In this document: piece by piece, positions 33,731 through 43,138 of the stretch
How positions within the stretch are numbered: position 1 is the stretch's first letter
How the letters are laid out: each line of letters begins with the position of its first letter
Made by a program: the position numbers and the translations under genes
Virus record (IMG/VR): IMGVR_UViG_3300010283_000005
Span: 1-64,000 of that record
DNA from: a virus
Lineage: Duplodnaviria; Caudoviricetes
Strand: one strand, 5' to 3'
Length of the DNA stretch: 64,000 nucleotides
The notes under the pieces: generated by a model
The model's input: only the letters and a program-made list of their open reading frames with translations
Database searches by the model: none
Told to the model about the DNA's origin: nothing

Positions 33731-34270
33731 ATGGCAAAATTGGATCGTGATTTGACTGAGGCTATGTTCAAGTGTGAGAGTGATGAGGATGTTAAGGCTC
33801 TGCTCGCTAAGGGAGCTGACCTGAATATGGTGGCTCGATTGGCACTCGATGAGGTTCTCAAGAAGGTATACAATAAGCGTTGCACTGGTGTCAAGGAGCA
33901 TGCTATCGAGATGCTCAAGGGTGCTGCAAATGGTGTGGATGTGCCTGATGTGGCAGTCACTCCGAATCTCAATGCTCCTAAGAAGCCTGAGATTCCTGCA
34001 ATCGATCCTGAGGAGCGTATGGCTCGTATCAAGACTCGTGCTGAGGAGCTGGTGTTCAATGCTAAGGATCACTTCATCCGCATTGGTCAGATCAATCGTG
34101 ATGCTGAGATGAAGATGCTGGGGTTTGGTGATGAGGATTGCAAACTCGTTGCCAAAGATAATGAGAAGATTGTCTGCGGTGCAGATAGCTCTGGTAAGCT
34201 CTATCTGATGGAGCGTAATCAGGCTACGATGGATGAGCTGTCTAGCAAGTGGGGAGACAAGTTCTTCTAA
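33731..34270 (+). CDS. hypothetical protein
   Basis: AAGGAGG SD, own promoter. Confidence 0.6.
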   Translation: MAKLDRDLTEAMFKCESDEDVKALLAKGADLNMVARLALDEVLKKVYNKRCTGVKEHAIEMLKGAANGVDVPDVAVTPNLNAPKKPEIPAIDPEERMARIKTRAEELVFNAKDHFIRIGQINRDAEMKMLGFGDEDCKLVAKDNEKIVCGADSSGKLYLMERNQATMDELSSKWGDKFF

Positions 34271-34287
34271 GAGAAGAGGTCGAAAGA

Positions 34288-34524
34288 ATGATAGTTAACC
34301 TATATGTTAAAGAAGGTAGGGTGATCGCAAGCCACGCTGATGAATCCACTAAGCATCAGCGTGGCGATGCTTTAGTACTGGATAATGCAAGATATGTCCT
34401 GACAGACATCCAGGAATTTGAGCATCTCGATTACCTATCAGTAGTTCGAGTGAACTACTTGGTGGAGAAGCCACCTGAAATCGATATAGATAAGGAGGGA
34501 TTGGATCATGTTTACACTGGATAA
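34288..34524 (+). CDS. hypothetical protein
   Basis: GAGGT SD before ATG 34288. Confidence 0.45.
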   Translation: MIVNLYVKEGRVIASHADESTKHQRGDALVLDNARYVLTDIQEFEHLDYLSVVRVNYLVEKPPEIDIDKEGLDHVYTG

Positions 34525-34861
34525 GTTCACTCCGATGAACAATCGAGTCCTCATCAAGATCGATGAGGCTACTGAAGCAGATATCCAGAAGACTGAGTCT
34601 GGATTGTTGATCGTTAATAAAAATAAGCCTAAGGGAAGAAATTCACTTGCTACAATCGTGAAGCTCGGATCTCATATGATGAGTCCTGATGGCAAACATC
34701 AGATTCCACTTGATAGCTTTCTTCACGTAGGAGATAAGATCATGTATTACAATCCTTCAGGTGAGGGTATGCATTTCGAGATTGATGGAGAAGATTATAT
34801 TCTGATCCGAGCTGAGGATATCGATTGTATTGTTGAGGATGATAAGGAGGTGAAATCCTGA
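34508..34861 (+). CDS. groES: co-chaperonin GroES
   Basis: PMNNRVLIK, KTESGLLI mobile loop, VGDKI, IDGEDYILIRAEDI. Confidence 0.85.
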   Translation: MFTLDKFTPMNNRVLIKIDEATEADIQKTESGLLIVNKNKPKGRNSLATIVKLGSHMMSPDGKHQIPLDSFLHVGDKIMYYNPSGEGMHFEIDGEDYILIRAEDIDCIVEDDKEVKS

Positions 34862-35055
34862 TGGATAAGATTAGAATTGGTACTCGAGTTCGTCATAATA
34901 ATCTCGTATGTATCGTGACTAAGGTCAAGGGTAGTGACTGCGAGCTTCAGCCTGTAGGCTCGAACTCACGTTATTATGCTCCTCTTAAGCAGGTTACCGT
35001 CATCATGAATGAGGGTACTACTGAGGCTGGAACTGAGTCCGCATTGTACGATTAA
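34861..35055 (+). CDS. small SH3-like hypothetical protein
   Basis: IRIGTRVRH..VCIVTKV; SD present. Confidence 0.5.
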   Translation: MDKIRIGTRVRHNNLVCIVTKVKGSDCELQPVGSNSRYYAPLKQVTVIMNEGTTEAGTESALYD

Positions 35056-35069
35056 GGAGAATATCACTT

Positions 35070-35666
35070 ATGGATCCGATAACTTATTTTGAATTTGAGT
35101 TAAATCAGATCAAGCATAGTAGTATCAGGGATCTAGTAAAACGAGTATTCCGTGAGAAGGTACCTAAGTGGTTCATGGATGCTGATGTGTCTACTTCGAT
35201 TTTTTATTCTAGTACTAAGACTGGAGATAGAATCAAATTGTGCGAGAGAACTAAGCAGTCAGTAAGGTTGTTTCTGCTTTATATTAATAATCCACTAGTT
35301 AGAGCTCAGTTCACTCCAGTGCAATCAGACTACATTATTGCAGCATTATTACTGCATGATTGTGCTATGAAGGGGATCAGTGATACTCCTTCTGTGTACA
35401 ATATCTTCGAGCATCCTCTGGTATTTGCTTATCTGAAACCTGATAACTGCGATAAAGTAGAATCGAGTCATTTCGATGAAATCTATCGATTAGTTTCTAC
35501 TCATCATGGACCTTGGAGGACTAATTCCAATTCGCAGTATCAGTTACCTGAGATTACTGATAATTCGCAGTGGTATGTACACATGTGTGATTATCTGGCA
35601 TCTAAACCTATGGTATGGATCGATCCGAGTGACGATTCTACCATAACTAAGAGATTCTTGAATTAA
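35070..35666 (+). CDS. HD-domain phosphohydrolase-like protein
   Basis: AALLLHD..K, EHP, THHGPW, VHMCDYLAS. Confidence 0.8.
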   Translation: MDPITYFEFELNQIKHSSIRDLVKRVFREKVPKWFMDADVSTSIFYSSTKTGDRIKLCERTKQSVRLFLLYINNPLVRAQFTPVQSDYIIAALLLHDCAMKGISDTPSVYNIFEHPLVFAYLKPDNCDKVESSHFDEIYRLVSTHHGPWRTNSNSQYQLPEITDNSQWYVHMCDYLASKPMVWIDPSDDSTITKRFLN

Positions 35667-35677
35667 GGAGGAATGCT

Positions 35678-36145
35678 ATGGGACGCTATCTAGCATACTA
35701 CAAACGAGTCCTCCATCATAAGTATCTGTACTTCAAGTACGGTAAGAAGTTCGGAGTCAGTTTCCTTGAGAGACTGACTCATAACTTTGGAATGCTAGCT
35801 CCTAGCTTTGCCGTCAAGATGGCTAAGGTTATTTATGATGAGGATGGTAATAACTTCAGATATGTGACAGTTGATCAGAATAGTGAGTATCAGCGACTAG
35901 TTGATACTTACAAGAAGTCTCATCCGTACTATGTTGAGTATTGGATTGAGCATCAACTCACTATCATTCCTGAGAAGTATCTTCGTCAGTTTATTACTGA
36001 TAGGTATGTCGATTGCGAGATGAACCTAGATGCATTCTTAGTTAGCAATCGTGACTTGTTCTTCGTAAGTGACTCGATTACTGAGCCTACTTACAGTAAT
36101 CAAGTCAATAAGATGCTTACTGAATTTATTCTTAATAAGGAGTAA
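35678..36145 (+). CDS. hypothetical protein
   Basis: AAGGAGG SD. Confidence 0.55.
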   Translation: MGRYLAYYKRVLHHKYLYFKYGKKFGVSFLERLTHNFGMLAPSFAVKMAKVIYDEDGNNFRYVTVDQNSEYQRLVDTYKKSHPYYVEYWIEHQLTIIPEKYLRQFITDRYVDCEMNLDAFLVSNRDLFFVSDSITEPTYSNQVNKMLTEFILNKE

Positions 36146-36168
36146 ATGAGAAACTGCTAACGTTTATA
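36139..36168 (+). promoter_or_regulatory. phage promoter copy 14 of 14
   Basis: GGAGTAAAT-N13-CGTTTATA. Confidence 0.75.
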
Positions 36169-36216
36169 TCTATAGGTGGTAAATGTGCCACCTAACTTTG
36201 ATAAGGAGGATTACTT

Positions 36217-36498
36217 ATGAATGATCCACAATTAGTAGAAGATGGCTTCTACGAGGATTGTCTAGAACTCTCCAAAGCAGAGAATCATCGTCAGAATCTT
36301 CGGATTGCCTTGGTAGCAAAAGGAGGGCAAAAAGGCTTAGATATCCGTAAGTTCCGAGCAGATGGTAGACCTACTACAGGAGTGCTCCTTGATCAGGAGC
36401 AGGTAACTACTCTGATTGAGCTAGCTCAGAATTCTGAAGTTCTGAAGCAGTTTGCTCAGTCAGGAGAAATCAACTTTGATAACTTTAAGGAGGATTAA
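36217..36498 (+). CDS. PC4/YdbC-like ssDNA-binding protein
   Basis: LDIRKF..P.TGVLL..EQ..L pattern. Confidence 0.65.
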   Translation: MNDPQLVEDGFYEDCLELSKAENHRQNLRIALVAKGGQKGLDIRKFRADGRPTTGVLLDQEQVTTLIELAQNSEVLKQFAQSGEINFDNFKED

Positions 36499-36502
36499 TA
36501 CT

Positions 36503-37651
36503 ATGGGTAGAAGTGAAAGACTTAAACAGTCCAGTAAAACTGGCAAGATTCGTCCGATTATCGAGATGGTCTCTATGACTAATAATCCAATCGGCACCTT
36601 GTTCGCAGTATGGCATGGTTCTCGCCATGATTATACAGTATCAGCTGAAGATATTCAGGAAATCTACGATTCTGATGCAGCTTATCTGAGTGATAAGGTC
36701 ACTGCAGTAGATGCTAACTGGAAGCGTAGAGCTGAGATTGCGGATAAGATTTGCAAGGATTATCCGGAGCACGCAGGTGCTGATGGTACTGATGTGAAGA
36801 ACGTCATTAAGATGATCGTCAATCAGTGCATCCAGTCTGATGTTCCTGCTGCTGAAGCAGTCAACTTCGTTATCGAGATCGATCATGCTAATGTGGCATG
36901 GAGAGAACAGCTGGTAAGATCGAAGATTGCTAGCTACTGGACTCAGTCTACACGTACTATTGACATGACAACTATGGATGTTAATATGAGTGATAGCGTT
37001 GAGCTTATCGGTGGTGAGAAAGCTGTGAAGATCTACAATGATACAGTGGAATACATCCGAGAAGCTTATCGTCAGCTCGAAGCAATGGGAGTGCCGATTG
37101 AGGATATCAGATTACAGCCTCAGCAGCATGTTCATCGTGTCTATTGGATGATCAGTATCCGAGCTCTGATTAAGATTCTGAATAAGAGAAGTGATTGGAT
37201 TGCTCAGGCTAGTCTCTGGACTCCAGTAATCGCTGGTGTGTGCCAGAAACTGCGTGAGCTCAGCCTGTTTGATATCATTCAGGATTTCGTAGGTAAGCCA
37301 CCAGTCACTGTTTCTTACGAGACGGATTGGGATCATTACTATGTGTCTGAATACATGATGAACGCTGATAACGAAGATCGGTACTATGGCAGGGACAAAT
37401 TACCTTGTGATCCTCTGTGGTTGGCAAGTAAGGGTATTACCATGCCTGAGAATACTGATATCGCATTCTATGATTACATGAAATCCATGTATATTCAGAT
37501 CTGGGATGATCGTTATCTTAAGGTTCTCAAATGGGATCGAAATGATCCTACTAAGATCGGACCGTACGATAGACCGTACTCTTGGTTCGAAGAGCATGGT
37601 CGTACTTCTGAAGTTGCTAGCCTTTCTAAGATGATCAAGGAGGACAAATAA
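36503..37651 (+). CDS. divergent ThyX-like (flavin-dependent thymidylate synthase fold) protein
   Basis: EAVNFVIEI..., EQLVRSKIASYWTQSTR (degenerate QxxRHR..S..QS.R), AY.QL...GVP.ED.R, SIRAL..IL.KR. Confidence 0.65.
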   Translation: MGRSERLKQSSKTGKIRPIIEMVSMTNNPIGTLFAVWHGSRHDYTVSAEDIQEIYDSDAAYLSDKVTAVDANWKRRAEIADKICKDYPEHAGADGTDVKNVIKMIVNQCIQSDVPAAEAVNFVIEIDHANVAWREQLVRSKIASYWTQSTRTIDMTTMDVNMSDSVELIGGEKAVKIYNDTVEYIREAYRQLEAMGVPIEDIRLQPQQHVHRVYWMISIRALIKILNKRSDWIAQASLWTPVIAGVCQKLRELSLFDIIQDFVGKPPVTVSYETDWDHYYVSEYMMNADNEDRYYGRDKLPCDPLWLASKGITMPENTDIAFYDYMKSMYIQIWDDRYLKVLKWDRNDPTKIGPYDRPYSWFEEHGRTSEVASLSKMIKEDK

Positions 37652-37674
37652 TCAGATAGAAAGGACTGCTAACC

Positions 37675-38364
37675 ATGCATAATGCAAGAAATACGATTAA
37701 CCAATCAGACATTAAGGAAACTACTAACCGAGTGATTTTAGCTGGAGCATTAGATACTGCTCCTTGCTACAGTCACGAGTATGATAACATCAAGTACTAT
37801 ACTATCAGACTTAAGGTGTACCGTAAGAATGGTAGCAAGTATGATGTGTTACATATCTTCATCCCTGAGAGTAGCTTGATCATCAATGATATCCTGCTTG
37901 ATGTAGGAGTCAGAGTCAGAGTTCAGGGTAAGGCAGTGCAGTCAGAACTGAGAGGTATGAGCGATGTATCTGTAGTAGCTGACACTGTCGAGCTCATCGA
38001 TGCTAATGCTAAGGATGAGAACATCTTATATATCGGTGGAGTGATTCACCGTATCTTTGAGATTCTTCCAGTAGGTGAGGGTCAGGAGCTTGATCTGAAT
38101 TCCAATCAGAAAGTGGTCAAGCCTATGATTCTGAAGCATACTTACGATCAGGGTGATGGTAAGTCACGCAGCTTGACTATCAAAGTCTCCAGCTGGAATA
38201 GCACTGCTAAGCTGGTAGATAGCAAGTTCAGTGCTAATGACAAGGTATTTGTCAGAGGTCAGCTGGAGAGCAAGGTCGTTAAGATCGATAAGGCTAAGGA
38301 TAAGAAAGCTAGCGTAGTGCTTCACGAGGCATCAGCTGCTACTGTCCTTCCGATCAAGGCTTGA
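37675..38364 (+). CDS. tandem OB-fold ssDNA-binding protein
   Basis: two repeats of N.V.L.G ... V.V.G.(L/A).S. Confidence 0.65.
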   Translation: MHNARNTINQSDIKETTNRVILAGALDTAPCYSHEYDNIKYYTIRLKVYRKNGSKYDVLHIFIPESSLIINDILLDVGVRVRVQGKAVQSELRGMSDVSVVADTVELIDANAKDENILYIGGVIHRIFEILPVGEGQELDLNSNQKVVKPMILKHTYDQGDGKSRSLTIKVSSWNSTAKLVDSKFSANDKVFVRGQLESKVVKIDKAKDKKASVVLHEASAATVLPIKA

Positions 38365-38383
38365 TTAAAGGAGGAGATATCTT

Positions 38384-40276
38384 ATGGCTAATTTGGACAT
38401 AGATATCTCCGACATTGAGAATGCTTTGACTCCTGAGGAGATGAATGCAGTACGTCAGATACTGACTGAAATCTCTGATAAGGGAGAATCAACTACTCTA
38501 AATGACTTATGGCAAGCTGATTATGAGGAGGTACCAGTAGATATCTACACCTTCATTACTGATAGAAGATACCTAGGAGATTCTTTCGTTAGTGAAGATG
38601 GTACCTTGCTCATATATAGTTTCTGGGTAGAAGTGCTTAAGAAGATATTTGCTCCTGATAGTCAGATCTTCGAGGTAGGATTGTCAGGTGCTATCGGATT
38701 AGGTAAATCTACCATTGCTACTGTAGGACTAGCCTACGTACTGCATCGATTATTATGCTTGAAGGATCCAGCAGCTTACTACAAGTTGACTAGAGGATCC
38801 AAAGTAGCAATAGCTATATTCAATATCTCACTGGATCAAGGTTTCGGAGTAGGCTTCAGTAAGCTACAAAGTATGCTGATGAAGTCTCCATGGTTCTTAG
38901 AGCATGGTACTGTGTCAGGCTTGAAGAATCAGACTTATTATCCAGGTAAGGATATAGAGATCCTAGTTGGTTCTAAGATGGAGCATTTCTTAGGTCGAGA
39001 TATCTTCGCAGGATTCTTGGATGAGATGGAGTTCGCTCCTGGTTCTAATCCTAAGATGGAACAATCTAAGATCATGAAATTGTATACTACGATCAAGCGA
39101 CGTATGGAATCTCGATACATGAAGCTAGGCAAGTTGCCTGGTATTCTATTCCTTGTATCTTCTAAGAAATCTGAATCAGACTTCCTGGAGCAGTATCTGA
39201 AGAAGAATAAGGATAAGGATTATCTGTACGTAGTTGATGAACCAATCTGGGTAGTTAAAGCTGATCAAAGCAGATACAGTGGAAAGTACTTCCATGTAGC
39301 AGTAGGTAACAAATACTTGAAATCTAAGATACTGACTGATGATGAGGATCCAGCTCCTTATCGAGCTAATGGTCAGGAAGTCATCGCAGTACCAGTGGAA
39401 CATCGAGAAGCTTTCGAACTAGATATCAATTCAGCGTTGATGGATATCGCAGGTAAGGCATTGTCTTCTAGCTTGAAGTACATTTATTACGATAAGTTGA
39501 AGTTATGCTACAGAGATTATCTAAAGAATCCATTCACTATGGATGAGCTAGTTCTTGGATTTGATGATGATAGTCGAATTCAGGACTTCTTGGTTATGGA
39601 GAGGTTATCTAGACTCGATCGATCGAAACCTCATTTTATCCACTGGGATGCTTCTAAGTCAGGAGATGCTACTGGTCTAGCTATGGCTACTATAGCTGGT
39701 CACCGAGATGTCAAGAAGCTAATCGCTGGAGAAGTGTACCAAGCTGAGGATATCGTTCACAAGGTTGTATTCGCTATCAATATCAGACCTGATCCTGGTA
39801 GCGAAATCCCATTCTACAAGATACGTAATTTCATTTACTATTTGAAGTTTGAATTAGGGTACAACATCGTGTCAGTAACTTGTGACTCGTATCAATCAGT
39901 AGATACCCTTCAGCAGATGAGCTTAAGAGGGTTCAATACTAAGACCTTATCAATGGATAGATCAAGAGTACCTTATGATACCTTGAAGAATGCCATCAAT
40001 GAGGGTCGACTTATTATGCCTTACATTCCTCATCTTGAGAAGGAGCTTCTTGAGCTAGAGGATGATAAGATGGTAGGTAAGATTGATCATCCCCTTGATG
40101 GATCCAAGGATACTGCTGATGCAGTTGCAGGAGCAGTATTCAGATCGCTTGACTATAAGGAGCTATTAGCAGCTCAGAATGCTCAGAAGGATGCTGAGAC
40201 TCTGATTCATGTCAATGATGGCTCTCTCAATAATCAAGGTGATTGGCTACTTGGAGCTAATAAGCGAGTATATTAA
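38384..40276 (+). CDS. terminase large subunit
   Basis: GAIGLGKS Walker A, FLDE Walker B, HWD..SGDATG nuclease, KIDHP..SKD.ADA. Confidence 0.88.
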   Translation: MANLDIDISDIENALTPEEMNAVRQILTEISDKGESTTLNDLWQADYEEVPVDIYTFITDRRYLGDSFVSEDGTLLIYSFWVEVLKKIFAPDSQIFEVGLSGAIGLGKSTIATVGLAYVLHRLLCLKDPAAYYKLTRGSKVAIAIFNISLDQGFGVGFSKLQSMLMKSPWFLEHGTVSGLKNQTYYPGKDIEILVGSKMEHFLGRDIFAGFLDEMEFAPGSNPKMEQSKIMKLYTTIKRRMESRYMKLGKLPGILFLVSSKKSESDFLEQYLKKNKDKDYLYVVDEPIWVVKADQSRYSGKYFHVAVGNKYLKSKILTDDEDPAPYRANGQEVIAVPVEHREAFELDINSALMDIAGKALSSSLKYIYYDKLKLCYRDYLKNPFTMDELVLGFDDDSRIQDFLVMERLSRLDRSKPHFIHWDASKSGDATGLAMATIAGHRDVKKLIAGEVYQAEDIVHKVVFAINIRPDPGSEIPFYKIRNFIYYLKFELGYNIVSVTCDSYQSVDTLQQMSLRGFNTKTLSMDRSRVPYDTLKNAINEGRLIMPYIPHLEKELLELEDDKMVGKIDHPLDGSKDTADAVAGAVFRSLDYKELLAAQNAQKDAETLIHVNDGSLNNQGDWLLGANKRVY

Positions 40277-40295
40277 ACTGAATATCTCAGCAAGA

Positions 40296-40330
40296 AAGGT
40301 AAGTGGAGTAATCTGCTTACCTTTTTTTTT
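40296..40330 (+). terminator. intrinsic terminator
   Basis: AAGGTAAGTGGA-GTAA-TCTGCTTACCTT followed by a T run. Confidence 0.85.
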
Positions 40331-40457
40331 ATTATTTTAGAATAAAAGGGGGGAATAAAACATTTATTTCATATATAGAAGCACAAGTGCACGCTTACCC
40401 GTTAGAGAGCTCCAAAGGTTGTGAAGTTCTCTTTATACGAAAAGGTAGGTGATAAGG

Positions 40458-40949
40458 TTGATTACAGCAAATTGGAAAACCCCTAATAAAGCTAGTGCTA
40501 ATGAATCCCATGGAGGACTTGATGCACTGGTAGAATCTGTATGTGAATCGTATCATATTCCTGCTTCTTCAGTACCTGAGATGAAATCCGGATTAGAAAA
40601 TGCTCTATACGAGTACTTATCCAAGTTCATCTCGGATCACAATATAAAGATGAATGAATCTACTGGAGTAGTTATTCCAGTTGATGATATGCTTGAGAAT
40701 CTAGATGAGTCTGTCAATCAGATTCTAGAGTCCACTCGAGTGAATGGCTTAGTTAGTCTGACTCATGCTGGGAAGCATATCTTAAGCTTAGTGAATATCT
40801 CTGAGTCTATTACTTATCAGGTAGGCAATTCAGTTGATATCGATAAGTTAGATTCTGACTCTCTATTAGAAGCATGGAAATGCGATGATATTGATCACTT
40901 AAGACCTCTAGTTACTGGAGTGCTTAGCCAGATCGCTAGAAAGGAGTAG
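40458..40949 (+). CDS. putative prohead core protein
   Basis: many xxES motifs; precedes portal. Confidence 0.5.
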   Translation: MITANWKTPNKASANESHGGLDALVESVCESYHIPASSVPEMKSGLENALYEYLSKFISDHNIKMNESTGVVIPVDDMLENLDESVNQILESTRVNGLVSLTHAGKHILSLVNISESITYQVGNSVDIDKLDSDSLLEAWKCDDIDHLRPLVTGVLSQIARKE

Positions 40950-40955
40950 TGAGTA

Positions 40956-42683
40956 ATGGGATTATTTGGATTTCTAGGTGAATCTAGGAATAATCGCAAG
41001 ACTGCTAGATACCAGAGTAATTCCAATGATTCTTCTCCTAATAGCAATCGTTCAGGTGATTATGGTGCTAATGTAGTCGGAGTCGATAAGTACAATGTAT
41101 GGCAGTTGATATCCAAGTTGAGAGACTTGAATAACAACTATAAGTACAAGTACGCTGAGTATGAAGCAATGGCGGACGATGTCATCATTCAGTCTGCACT
41201 TGAGCTTTATGCCGATGATTCCACTCAGGTAGATACTAAGACTGAACGAATCGTAATGATTGAATCTGAAGATAAGACTTTAGCTGCTGACTTAAATGCA
41301 TTTCTTGAGTCTATCGAGATTGAGTCAAGAATCTGGAACTGGGCTTATTCAGTATCACAGTACGGTGATTATTTCTTGAAGTTATATGTGGATCCTGATA
41401 CTCATGACATCCGCATTGACGATAATACTGATCCATCCTTGATTATGGATTTGTACGAGGATGGCATTAGAGTAGGATATGCTGAGGAGGATACTTCTGA
41501 GTATCGTAATCTGAAGCATCGTTCAAATCCTAATGGACTTGACCTGATCATATCAAGTCCAGATAACTTTGTTCATTTCATGATCCGTAAATCTGCTAAG
41601 TATGATATCCTTGAGCTTCCGATTCAAGATGAAACTGACGAGAATGGAGATCCATTGATTCGTAAGTTCACAGTAGTTCGAGGAGTCTCAATGGTTGAAG
41701 GAGTCCGATCAATCTTCAGAATTCTTCAGCTTCTTGAGGATTCATTGCTAGCAGCAAGGATTGCTAAGGCTGAGTTCATTCGAGTGTTCAATGTCGAGGT
41801 AGGTGATTCTACTCCTGCTCAGACTACTGATACTATCAATAGTGTCAAGAACCTATTCGATTCGAAAGCTACTTTCGATGTGAACTCAGGACGTTACGTA
41901 TCCACTAAGGCTTACCGTCCTATTGGTGATCCAATCTTCAACCCTACTAGAAATGGTAAGGGTTCAGTAACCCATGAGAATATTGGTGGTGACTTCCAAG
42001 TAAGAGATATCGTTGATATCGATTACTTCAAGAATAAGCTATTCTCTGGATTGAAGATCCCTAAGGCACTCCTTGGATTCGAGGAATCACTTCCTGGAGG
42101 ACTTGGTGATAATACTTTGACTCGACTTGATATTCGTTACTCAAGATCAGTCAAGAGGGTACAGAATAGCTTGATTGTTGGAATCAAGGATCTGTGTAAG
42201 ATCTGGCTTAGAGTCAATAATTACAGTAATGATGCTGATTTCAAGGTAGTACTTCAAGCTCCATCTACTGCTGAAGAGCTAGGTCGATTGACTGAGATGG
42301 ATCAGAAAATGTCTACTATCAGTAGTTCAGTTCGTACCTTATCTGAGGCATTCGGAGAGTACTTGAACTTGCCTAAGGTATTCAAGGTATTCTTTGATCA
42401 ATATATTAATTATCCTGAGCTGAAGGAGAAACTCAATCCTGAGCTTGATGAGGCTATCAAGCGTTATGAGAAACATCTAGAAGAGCAGGAGCAGCAGCGT
42501 AAGGCTGAGTTAGAATTGACTCAAAATGCTGCTGATAATACTGATCCTGATAATGAGGACGATGAGGATGGAGTTGGTGATTACCAAGGTACAAGTAACC
42601 GAGGTAGGACTGCTCGACCTGACCTGAATCCTAAGAAACTTACTGAAATTAATAAGGAGGATGATACTGATGAAAAGAGCTGA
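40956..42683 (+). CDS. portal protein (T4 gp20-like)
   Basis: YGDYF, LQLLEDSLL..RI, FNVEVG, DIDYFKNKLF.GLKIP..LG. Confidence 0.9.
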   Translation: MGLFGFLGESRNNRKTARYQSNSNDSSPNSNRSGDYGANVVGVDKYNVWQLISKLRDLNNNYKYKYAEYEAMADDVIIQSALELYADDSTQVDTKTERIVMIESEDKTLAADLNAFLESIEIESRIWNWAYSVSQYGDYFLKLYVDPDTHDIRIDDNTDPSLIMDLYEDGIRVGYAEEDTSEYRNLKHRSNPNGLDLIISSPDNFVHFMIRKSAKYDILELPIQDETDENGDPLIRKFTVVRGVSMVEGVRSIFRILQLLEDSLLAARIAKAEFIRVFNVEVGDSTPAQTTDTINSVKNLFDSKATFDVNSGRYVSTKAYRPIGDPIFNPTRNGKGSVTHENIGGDFQVRDIVDIDYFKNKLFSGLKIPKALLGFEESLPGGLGDNTLTRLDIRYSRSVKRVQNSLIVGIKDLCKIWLRVNNYSNDADFKVVLQAPSTAEELGRLTEMDQKMSTISSSVRTLSEAFGEYLNLPKVFKVFFDQYINYPELKEKLNPELDEAIKRYEKHLEEQEQQRKAELELTQNAADNTDPDNEDDEDGVGDYQGTSNRGRTARPDLNPKKLTEINKEDDTDEKS

Positions 42684-43116
42684 TCTCATCAAGCAGATTT
42701 GTTCTCTAGCACTCGATACTGAGAAATACACTAAACAGCAGAACCAATCTGCTACTAAACTTCTTGAAGAGGTCACTCGTGGTCGTATCTCTGAGGAAGT
42801 CGCACACCAACGTTATCAATCCATACTTGATGAAGCTTCGAGTTATTGGTCTGATAAATATAAATCTAAGGTAGTATATGAGTCACTTCAGAAATATCAG
42901 AAAGGTGAGCTCGACAATGTAGGTACTGCTAAGATGGTATCTTCATTGATCACTCATTCTCTGATTGAGAAAGAACTCAATGAATCAGCTACTTTAGAAC
43001 AAATGGGTACTCTAGAACTTATGCAAGTCCTCGAGAATATGCTGAGTTCAGGACTCAATGAATCATGCTCAGATATGCTGGATTCTATCTTACATAGATA
43101 CGGATATCTAAACTAA
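42670..43116 (+). CDS. hypothetical head-module protein
   Basis: SD; LNES motifs. Confidence 0.55.
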   Translation: MKRADLIKQICSLALDTEKYTKQQNQSATKLLEEVTRGRISEEVAHQRYQSILDEASSYWSDKYKSKVVYESLQKYQKGELDNVGTAKMVSSLITHSLIEKELNESATLEQMGTLELMQVLENMLSSGLNESCSDMLDSILHRYGYLN

Positions 43117-43138
43117 AAGAAGGAAGGTGATTGATGCT

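Noticed and set aside
40330-40380. A fourth origin-like element at the next 12.3-kb interval
   Set aside because: AT-rich and at about the expected distance, but it lacks the ACAAAGGGTGAA box; better explained as terminator plus late promoter region.
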